From Chiloscyllium plagiosum (taxonomy: Eukaryota): a DNA stretch of 44,445 nucleotides. Each line of letters starts with the position of its first letter. Within the stretch, counting starts at the first letter, position 1. Shown here piece by piece: positions 34,937 through 44,445 of the stretch. The translations under genes were made by a program, and so were the position numbers. A model generated the notes under the pieces. That model made no database searches. It was not told the origin of the DNA and worked only from the letters and a program-made list of their open reading frames with translations. The stretch is taken from positions 11,887 to 56,331 of the forward strand of contig NW_025215151.1 of the NCBI RefSeq assembly GCF_004010195.1, written 5' to 3'.

Positions 34937-36256
34937 CGTTATGGAGCAGAGGTTGACACCCCTCTGATAATTAAAACTGAAACACCCAGAGAAGATAACC
35001 ACGTCTCGTAATCTGATAAGCAAACTACCTCTTACCCCCAATCTGTTGTAAAGGAGTGGTTAAATGAAATGGAATCCTTTCACCCACTCTATAATTAACA
35101 AGTAACAATTTATTTATCTAACTCCAGCTGTGAACAAATTAACAGAATTACTAACAAACTGAGCAATCGCTCTCTAACTACCTATTCTGGAATAAAACAA
35201 GGTTCTAACAGTATGCTGTTTGCATAAACACTTACGTAGCAAAGCAATAAATTAAAACTGATCCTCTCAAAGTTCACACAGAATGTGTCTTCCGAAACAC
35301 TCCGCTGTCTCTCCAAGTCTTTCTTCTGCTGTCAGGGATTTTTCCGCTGTAATTTCTTCTGTCCTCTGCTGAATTCTGGTGTCAGGAAGATTACCTCAGA
35401 GTGCTGGTAACGTTTATGAATAGATGGGTTATTTTTCTTCTGAGAGCTGGTAACTTCTTATGTCTTTAGATGGCACTTGTCTCTCCTGTCTCTGTCCAGT
35501 TGCCCCCTCTCTCTATGTCCGTGCGAACGTATTAATTTTTTTAACAACCAGCTCGGTTTAAAGTTGTCAACACCATCAGATTTAAATTGAATTGGTCCGT
35601 TGCCTTCAAGTACCTTTTAAATTAATTGGCTGAATTTAAACCAGTTGTCTGGGTCAAAGAGCTGCTGGGGGCCTGCTAACTGATCGACTTTTCCATACAT
35701 TATGTCAGTTCAAGCCACCTTCACATTGCTTACCCAGAGACATTCATTTTCAAATCTGAAAATAACACCGGCTTTTAAAGAGACAGGGCAATGCTCCCCC
35801 GTCGCAAATTCACCTGCACCTCCACTCACATCATCTATTGCATCCGCTGCACCCGATGTGGCCTCCTCTATATTGGGGAGACAGGCTGCCTACTTGCGGA
35901 ACGTTTCAGAGAACACCTCTTGGACACCCGCACCAACCACCCCGTGGCTCAACACTTTAACTCCCCCTCCCACTCCACCAAGGGCATACAGGTCCTTGGA
36001 CTTCTCCATTGCCAGACCCTGACCACACGACGCCTGGAGGAAGAGCGCTTCAACTTCCGCCTAGGAACCCTCCAACCACAAGGGATGAATGTAGATTTTT
36101 CCTCATTTCCCCTCCCCCCCACTTTATCTCAGTCCCAAGATTCTCCTGCTCCTCGGATGCTGCCTGGCCTGCTGTGTTTTTCCAGCACCACATTTTTCAA
36201 CTAATGCTCTCCCAGAATTTTACAATTTTACCATTTTTACGCACCAACTTCACAAC
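34937..36256. mobile_element. Solo-LTR-like non-coding insertion with short TSD (TGAGG/GAGG)
   Basis: Interrupts the CR1 at ttgagg|. Termini cGTTATGG...TCACAAC are imperfectly inverted. AT-rich, no ORF, AATAAA on the minus strand near 35110. Confidence 0.55.
35801..36202 (+). mobile_element. Penelope-like element GIY-YIG endonuclease fragment (family C)
   Basis: FTCTSTHIIYCIRCTRCGLLYIGETG...RFREH...HPVAQHF...LGTLQPQGMN, followed by the family C terminal sequence. TSD aatgctccccc / aatgctctccc. Confidence 0.88.
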
Positions 36257-36257
36257 T

Positions 36258-36795
36258 GAGGGGTGTAAGATCACGAGGGCCGTAGCTGGGATGAATGGGT
36301 CCCAGGGATGGGGAATTGAAAACTAGGGGACATGAGTTTAAGGTGAGAGGGGAAAGATTTAAGAAGGGGTTACAGCTTCACACAGAGAGTGGTGCGTGTT
36401 GGGAATGGGTTTCCAGAGAAAATGGTTCGAGACAGATACAATTGCAACGTGTAAAAAACATTTGGATAGGTACATGGATGGGAAGGGTTTGGAGGGATAT
36501 GGACCAAATGTGGGCAATTGGAACTAGCTGAGTGGGTACCAGGGGAAAGATTTAAGAAGGGGTTACAGCTTCACACAGAGAGTGCTGCGTGTTGGGAATG
36601 GGTTTCCAGAGAAAATGGTCGAGACAGATACAATTGCAACGTGTAAAAAACATTTGGATAGGTACATGGATGTGAAGGGTTTAGAGGGATATGGACCAAA
36701 TGTGGGCAATTGGAACTAGCTGAGTGGGTACCATGGTCAGCATGGACCAGTTTGGGCCGAAGGGCCTGTTTCCATGCTGTATTACTGTATGATTG
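36258..36795 (+). mobile_element. CR1 3' end with internal tandem duplication of about 193 bp
   Basis: 36348-36540 is repeated at 36541-36733. Confidence 0.85.
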
Positions 36796-36799
36796 TATG

Positions 36800-37200
36800 T
36801 GTCTGGTGCTGGCTTCTTGCTGGATGGGGGCGGAAATAGCAGCTCATGATCCTCTGGATGTGGATGCTGGTGGGATGGTAGGTGAGGACAAGGGGGACCC
36901 TATCGCTGTATGGGAGGGTGGAGAGGTGCAGGGAATGAGTCAGACCCAGCCTGAGGGCCCTGTCAACTCCGGTGCTGGGGAATCTTCGGTTGGGGAACAA
37001 GGTGGACATTTTAAGGGGGGGGGAGGAGGGTTCTCTGCTTGAAGTTGGCATCATCAGAACAGATACGAGGGAAACGTTGGAACTGGGAGAGTGGAATAGA
37101 GTCTCTGCAGCAAGCAGGGTGTGAAGATGTCGAGGTAATTGTGTGTGGGGGAGGTGTTGGTGAGTTTGTAGTGGATATAGGTGGCCAGCCTATCCCTCGA
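36800..37200 (-). mobile_element. Penelope-like element RT thumb/linker fragment
   Basis: Minus-strand DRLATYIHYKLT, SIPLSQFQR..RICSDDANF and DRVPLVLTYHPTS remnants. Confidence 0.75.
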
Positions 37201-37355
37201 AAAGCTCAAGGCCAGGCTGCAGACATCGTGATGCGTTGGAGTGGGTGGGAAGGGTTTGGTTCACCATTTTATTCCAGTAGGCAGTCATGGTCATTAGGGG
37301 TAGAGCGAGTGAGGCAAGGTAGGCCTGGAAGCCAGAAGAGTCTCGCCCCTCAGCA

Positions 37356-37642
37356 AATCCCTACCGTGTGGAAGCAGGCCATTCGGCCCATCACGTCCAC
37401 ACCGATCCTGTAAAGGCCATCCCGCCAAGACCTACCAGTCTTACCATACCCCCAGTAACCCTGCGTTTTCCCATGTAACTCGCACATCTTTGGACTGTGG
37501 GAAGGAAACCGGAGCACCCGGAAGAAACCCACGCAGACTCGGGGAGAACGTACAAACTCCACACATTCCCGAGGCTGGAATTGAGCCCGGGACCCGGGCA
37601 CTGTGAGGCAATGGTGCTAACCACTGAGCCACCGTGCCACCC
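37356..37642 (-). mobile_element. HE1-type SINE, near full length
   Basis: Head, V-domain and tail as in the other copies. Confidence 0.88.
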
Positions 37643-38119
37643 CAAACATCTGAAGGGTTTGCAGCAGAGCAAAGCAGTGGCTGTGTTGCGGGTGAGAGTG
37701 CAGAGTTACGTCGGAAACTGGAATATCCTGGTGATGAGCAGTACCTTGGCGGCTAATAATCCCGGGACCGCAAATCGAATACACGTTCAAGGAGAGAGCT
37801 GGAAGATCCCCGGGGCTGTGGTGTTAACTAGGAGCTGTAAGCTGTGGAACAGTCTGAACTTCAACGCTGGGACCAATGTAACGAGGTGCAATAGTGAGGG
37901 CTTGAATGAAAATCGTGAAGGGGTTTGTGTGGAGAGGGAAGCTACAGTGAGGTAAAAGGGAAAGGACAACAGGAAAGCAACTTGGGAAACAATTGCCAGA
38001 CATTGGCAGGAAGGGGACAGAAGGTAGGAATGGAAGAGTGAGGCGATCAATAGGGCCAGACCTTGCAACTGTGTAAATGAAACAGTTTGAGGCCCTGTAT
38101 CTGAATTTAAAAAGTCTTT

Positions 38120-39682
38120 CTCACAGCACTTAACAAATCAGGAGAATTAAACAGGACAGACTTCCAAAACATGAAAGCAGATGGATCCAACACACCACGC
38201 TTCTATGGATTACCAAAATGTGCCCCCCCGCTCAACCCAAACTCCTAGTCTCCCTGCCTGGTACGCCACAGAATAGCCAAAGAACTTCACCGAAAACTAA
38301 GACACCTAATTGAAGGTTGACGCCACTCCGTTCACTCCACCCAAGAATTCCTGAGCACCATCAAAGGCGCCAAGATAGAAGAGGAGGAAATAATGGTCTC
38401 CTTTGATGTTTTCACATTGATGAACATCGACCTGGCCCACAAAACACTGGCATCACTATGAGGAAAACTAGGACCACAAACACCAGACAGCACCAACCTC
38501 ATCAGCAAAGACAACATTCAGGAACAATATCCACAAACAAGTCAACGGAACGCCCATGGGATCACCAACATCAGGGCTCGTAGCAGAAGCAGTAATGCAG
38601 AGACTTGAACAAGCTGCCCTCTCATCTATCCAACCCGAACTTTGGGTCCGCGATGTAGACGACACCCTTGTCATCACAAAACGGAACAAATTAGAGGAAG
38701 CGTGCAACGCCATCAACAATACCCTGACAGGCATCAAATTCACAAAAGAGGAGTCCCTCGACGTGACAGTTGACCGTACAGTTGACGGAGAGCTTCAAAC
38801 CAGCGTCGACAGCAAAGCAACAAACACGGACCAAATACTTGACTTCAGAAGCAATCATCCCCCCCACACTCACACACGGAGCGGCATCAAGACATTATTT
38901 CGATGAGCAATATCACACTGCAGCACCCAAGAACTACAAAACGCAGAAGGAAAATATCCATACAATGTTTTCAAGAAAAACGGGTACCCAATAAACGTAA
39001 TTCGTCAATTCCTCAGCAACAAACCCAAACAAGCAGATACAACACGACCAAAAACTATAGCCGCATTACCTTACATCAAAGACAATGTCAGAAATTGCTT
39101 CCAGACTACTCAGACCCCTTGGCGTCATGGTAGCCCACAAACCTACCAACACTTAAACAGCGACTAAATGAGCCTAAAGGATCCATTAGAAACTAACGTC
39201 ATTTTCGAGATACTGTGCAAGAACTGTAAAAATCACGACATTGGACAAACTAGCAGGAAACTTGTCACCAGGATTTATGAACACCAACTGGCCACCAAAA
39301 GACGCGACCCACTCTCATGAGTTTCTATACATAAGACACCACTTTGACTGGGACAACACACACATCCTAGGACAGGCGAAACAAAGACACACACGAGAAT
39401 CCTTCGAGGCATGGCATTCTAACCAGAACGCCATCAATAAACACCTCGGTTTAGATCCCATCTACCTTCCCTTGAATAAAAACTGGAAATGACATCACCC
39501 ACCTTAAGACACCAAGCCCTCTAAATAGAGAGGCGGGACATACCACCAGCGCTTCACCAGAGACTCTCACTGATGATGTCACCTCGTCATGGTGACGAAA
39601 CGTCTGAAAACAAGCCTTCCAGCTCAGCGAGCAAACTTACAGACTTATCATCAACCTGAGTTACAAATCTTCTCAAAAATTG
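38120..39682 (+). mobile_element. 5'-truncated, frameshifted Penelope-like element (RT, GIY-YIG, terminal repeat with hammerhead; family A)
   Basis: PRFYGLPK, MVSFDV, GTPMGSPTSGLVAEAVMQRLE, WVRDVDDT (YVDD decayed), LPYIK, NVIF..CKNC...IGQTSR and EAWHS...INKH motifs in order. Confidence 0.9.
39567..39607 (+). ncRNA. Minimal type-I hammerhead ribozyme motif (PLE family A) in the 3' terminal repeat of a Penelope element
   Basis: TCA-CTGATGA-T-GTCACC-tcgtcat-GGTGAC-GAA-ACGT-C-TGA, about 75 nt after the PLE ORF stop. Confidence 0.75.
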
Positions 39683-40060
39683 CGAGTCTTCATGTTCATT
39701 CAAGGCTGAGTTGGAGAGCTTTTTGGAAAGACAAGGGAATGAAGACATGGATGTCAGACAGGAAAGTGGCCAATCAACCACAAAATACTGACTGGTGCAG
39801 CAGGCTCTATCAGATCACCGGGCCCACTGATGGCCTTGGTGATTAGTGTGGGATAAATAACCCAATGGCCTCAGCAGATGCTCTGAGGAATTCAGATTCA
39901 AATCCAACTTTGACTTCTCGGTCAATTTAATTTCAAGTGATAACTCTGAATTGAAAAATGGTCTCGGAGAGGGTGATGATATCAATTATGACCAAACATT
40001 GCAAAAGCCCGTCTGTTACACAATGGCCTGGTAGGGAGGAAATCAGCTATCCTCGCCCAG

Positions 40061-40505
40061 TCAGTACTGAGAGAGTGCCGCACTGTCGGAGGGTCAGTAC
40101 TGAAGGGAGTGCCGCACTGTCGGAGGGTCAGTACTGAGGGAGTGCCCCTCAGTCGGAGGGTCAGTACTGAGGGAGTGCCACTCGGTCGGAGGGTCAGTAC
40201 TGAGGGAGTGCCGTACTGCCAAAGGGTCAGTACTGAGGGAACGCCGCACTGTCAGAGGGTCAGTACTGTGGGAGTGCTGAACTGTTGGAGGGTCAGTACT
40301 GAGGGAGCGCTGCACCTTCGGAGGGTCAGTACTGTGGGAGTGCAGCATTGTCGGAGGGTCATTACTGAGGGAGTACTGAACTGTTGGAGGGTCAGTACTG
40401 AGGGAGCGCCGCACGGTTGGAGGGTCAGTACTGAGGGAGTGCCGAAATGCCGGAGGGTCTGTACTGAGGGAGTTCCGCACTGTCAGAGGGTCAGTGCTGA
40501 GGGAG
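40061..40505. repeat. 33-bp satellite (about 13 copies)
   Basis: Unit CAGTACTGAGGGAGTGCCGCACTGTCGGAGGGT; 11-aa periodic ORFs. Confidence 0.95.
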
Positions 40506-43500
40506 TCGGTGCACCAAACTAGCACACACCAAGTGGGGAATGGGTTTACCAGTCTAACACACACAGAGTGGGGAATGGGCGTAGCAATGTTACACACACA
40601 GAGTGGGAAATGGGGGTACCACCCTAACACACACACAGTGGGGAATAGGTGTACCACAGTAACATGCACACAGTGGGGAATGGCTGTATCAGTCTAACAC
40701 ACACAGTGGGGAATGGCTGTATCAGTCTAACACACACACAGTGGGGAATGGGTGTACCAGTCTAACACACACACAGTGGGGAATGGGTGTCCCACTCTAA
40801 CACACACAGAGTGGGGAATGGCTGTATCAGTCTAACACACACACAGTGGGGAATGGCTGTATCAGTCTAACACACACACAGTGGGGAATGGGTGTCCCAC
40901 TCTAACACACACAGAGTGGGGAATGGGTGTACCAGTCTAACATGCACAGAGTGGGGAATGGGGGTACCACTGTAACACACACACAGTGGGGAATGGGTGT
41001 ACCAGTCTAAAACACACAGTGGGGAATGGGTGTACCAGTCTATAACACACAGAGTGGAGAATGGGTGTACCACTGTAACATACACAGAGTAGGGAATGGG
41101 TGTACCAGTCTAACACACACAGTGGGGAATGGGTGTACCAGTCTAACACACACAGAGTGGAGAATGGGTGTACCACTCCAACATACACACAGTGGGGAAT
41201 GGGTGTACCAGTCTAACACACACAGTGGGAAATGGTTGTACCAGTCTACGTACACAGATTGGGGAATGGGTGTACCAGTCTAACATACACAGAGTGGGGA
41301 ATGGGTGTACCAGTCTAACACACACAGAGCGGGAATGGGTGTACCTCTGTAACACACACAGAGTGGAGAATGGGTGTACCAGTCTAACACACACAGACTG
41401 GGGAATGGGTGTACCAGTCTAGCACACACACAGTGGTGAATGGGTGTACCACTGTTACACACACAGAGTGGGGAATGGTTGTACCAGTTTAACACTCACA
41501 GAGTGGGGAATGGGTGTACAAGTTTAACACACACAGAGTGGGGAATGGTTGTACCAGTCTAACACAGTCAGAATGGGGAATGGGTGTACCACTGTAACAC
41601 ACACAGAGTGGGGAATGACTGTACCAGTCTAACACAGTCAGAATGGGGAATGGGTGTACCACTGTAACACACACAGAGTGGGGAATGGGTGTACCACTGT
41701 AACACACACAGAGTGGTGAATGGGTACACCAGTCTAACACACACAGAGTGGGGAATGCGTGTACCAGTCTAACACACTCAGACTGGGGAATGGGTGTATC
41801 TGTCTAACACGCACAGAGTGGGGAATGGGTGTACCAGTCTAACACACACACACAGGGGAATGGGTTTACCAGTCTAACAGACACACAGAGAGTGGGGAAT
41901 GGGTCTACCGGTATAACACATACAGAGTGGGGAGTGGGTGTACCACTCTAACACACACACAGAGAGGGGAATGTGTGTACCAGTCTAAATACACATATAG
42001 TAGGGAATGGGTGTATCAGTCTAACGCACAGAGGGGAATGGGTGTACCAGTCTAACACGCATGGAGTGGTGAATGGGTACACCGGTCTAACACACACAGA
42101 ATGGGGTTTGGGTGTACAAGTCTAACACACTCAAAGTGGGGAATGGGTATACTACTGTAACACACAGAGTGGAGAATGGGGATACCACTCCAACACACTC
42201 AGAATGGGGAATGGGTGTACCACTGTAACACACACACAGTGGAGAATGGCTGTACCAGTCTAACACACACAGTGGGGAATGGGTATACCAGTCTAACAGA
42301 CACACAGAGAGTGGGGAATGTGTATACCAGTCTAACACACACAGATTGGGAATGGGTGTACCAGTGTAACACACACAGAGTGGGGAAATGGGTGTACCAG
42401 TCGAAAACACACAGAGTGGTGAATGGGTGTACCAGTCTAACACACACAGATTGGGGAATGGGGGTACCACTCGAACTCACACAGATTGGGGAATAGGGGT
42501 ACCACTCTAACACACACACAGTGGGGAATGGGTCCACCAGTCGAAAACACACACAGTGTGGGGCATGGGTGTACCAGTTTAACAGTCACAGAGTGGGGAA
42601 TGGGTGTGCAGGTTTAACACACACAGAGTGGGGAATGACTGTACAAGTCTAACACAGTCAGAGTGGGGAATGGGTGTACCACTGTGACACACACAGAGTG
42701 GTGAATGGATACACCAGTCTAACACACACAGAGTGGGGAATGACTGTACCAGTCTAACACACACACAGAGTGGGGAATGGGTTTACCAATCTAACAGACA
42801 CACAGAGAGTGGGAAATTGGTGTACCAGTCCAACACACACAGAGTGGGGAATGAGTGTACCAGCCTAATACACACAGAGTGGGGAATGGGTGTACCAGTC
42901 TAACACACACTGAGTGGTGAATGGGTGTACCAGTCTAACAGACACACGCAGAGTGGGGAATGGGTGTACCAGTCTAACACACACTGAGTAGTGAATGGGT
43001 GTACCAGTCTAACAGACACACGCAGAGTGGGGAATGGGTGTACCAGTCTAACACACACTGAGTGGTGAATGGGTGTACCAGTCTAACAGACACACACACA
43101 GTGGGGAATGGGTGCACCACTCTAACGCACACAGAGTGGGGAATGAGTGTACCAGCCTAATACACACACAGTGGGGAATGGGTGTACCAGTCTAACACAC
43201 TCAGCGTGGGGAATGGGTGTACCAGTCTAACACACTCAGAATGGGGAATGGGTGTACCACTCTAACACACTCAGCGTGGGGAATGGGTGTACCACTGTAA
43301 CACACACACAGTGGGGTATGGGTGTACCACACGAACACACACACAGTGGGGAATTAATGTACCGCTCTAACACACACAGTGGGGAATGGGGGTACCACTG
43401 TAACACACACAGATTGGGAATGTGTGTACCACCCTAACACACTCAGAGTGGGGAATGTGTGTACCACTCTAACACACTCAGAGTGGGGAATGGGTGTACC

Positions 43501-44304
43501 ACTCCAACACACACAGAGTGGGGAATGGGTGTACCAGTCTAACACACACAGAGTGGGGAATGGGGGTACCACTGTAACACACACAGAGTGGGGTATTGTT
43601 GTACCAGTTTAACACTCACAGAGTGGGTAATGGGTGTACAAGTTTATCACACACAGAGTGGGGAATGACTGTACCAGTCTAACACTGTCAGAATGGGGAA
43701 TGGGTGTACCACTGTAACACACACAGAGTGGGGAATGGGTGTACCAGTCTATCATACACAGAGTGGGGAATGGGTACACCAGTCTAACACACACAGAGTG
43801 GGGAATGGGAGTACCACTCCAACACACACAGAGTGGGGAATGGGGGTGCCAGTCTGACACGCACAGAGTGGAGAATGGGTGTACCAGTCTAACACACACA
43901 GAGTGGGGAATGGGGGTACCACTGTAAATCACACAGAGTGGGGAATGGGTGTACCAGTCTTACACACACACAGTGGGGAATGGGTGTATCGGTCTAACAC
44001 GCACACACAGAGTGGGGAATGGGTGCACCACCCTAACACACAAAGAGTGGGGAATGGGTGTACCAGTCTAACATACACAGAGTGGGGAGTGGATATACCA
44101 GTCTAACACACACAGTGGGGAAAGGGTGTACCATTCTAATGCACACAGAGTGGGGAATGGGTGTACCACCCTAACATACACACAGTGGGGAATTGATGTA
44201 CTGCTCTAACACACAGAGTGGGGAATGGGTGTACCACTGTAACACACACAGAGTGGGGAATGAGTGTACCAGTCTAACACACACAGTGGGGAATGGGTGT
44301 ACCA
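40506..44304. repeat. About 35-bp satellite array (about 3.8 kb, roughly 105-110 copies)
   Basis: Unit CAGTCTAACACACACAGAGTGGGGAATGGGTGTAC with variable (AC)n. Confidence 0.97.
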
Positions 44305-44445
44305 GATTCTGGATCAGTGGTGCTGGAAGAGCACAGCAATTCAGGCAGCATCCGAGGACAGGCAAAATCGACGTTTCGGGCAAAAGCCCTTCATCAGGAA
44401 TAAAGGCAGTGAGCCTGAAGCGTGGAGAGATAAGCTAGAGGAGGG
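44305..44445 (-). mobile_element. PLE family C terminal repeat (runs off the window)
   Basis: Hammerhead followed by cctcggatgctgcctg...gctgtgctcttccagcaccac on the minus strand, matching 36142-36190, which follows a GIY-YIG ORF. Confidence 0.8.
44366..44401 (-). ncRNA. Minimal type-I hammerhead ribozyme motif (PLE family C)
   Basis: Minus strand reads ATTC-CTGATGA-A-GGGC-tttt-GCCC-GAA-ACGT-C-GATT. Confidence 0.7.

Noticed and set aside
35791..36204. Stand-alone GIY-YIG nuclease gene or domesticated enzyme
   Set aside because: A 5'-truncated PLE fragment bounded by a TSD; its ATG comes from the target-site sequence.
40094..44438. Many periodic ORFs and a CRISPR-like regular repeat
   Set aside because: Head-to-tail satellite without unique spacers in vertebrate DNA; no cas genes.

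Overview
This is eukaryotic, repeat-dense genomic DNA from a cartilaginous fish, judged from HE1-type V-SINEs and HER1/CR1 LINEs; a shark such as a carpet or bamboo shark is an inference. It is a draft assembly with five N-gaps. One protein-coding gene is supported: a complete 5-exon TMED10-type (p24 delta / Tmp21) gene on the + strand. The CDS is 24318-24509, 27153-27273, 28589-28662, 29100-29226 and 30983-31104 (636 nt, 211 aa, all introns GT-AG). It has a CpG-rich promoter and a candidate AATAAA at 32832. The rest is mostly nested CR1, L2-like, Rex1 and Penelope-like (PLE) retroelements, SINEs, a solo-LTR-like insertion and several mini/satellite arrays. Nearly all ORF-track entries are repeat artefacts. 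The main hidden structure is six minimal type-I hammerhead ribozyme motifs from three PLE families; three have intact cores with palindromic stem III. Other points of interest are a triple PLE insertion hotspot with target-site duplications, a perfect DR1 next to a PAR-bZIP palindrome, a CCAAT-box minisatellite, and residues suggesting this may be the second vertebrate p24-delta paralogue. I see no clearly new biological system: PLE hammerheads are a known class and the regulatory ideas are inferences.
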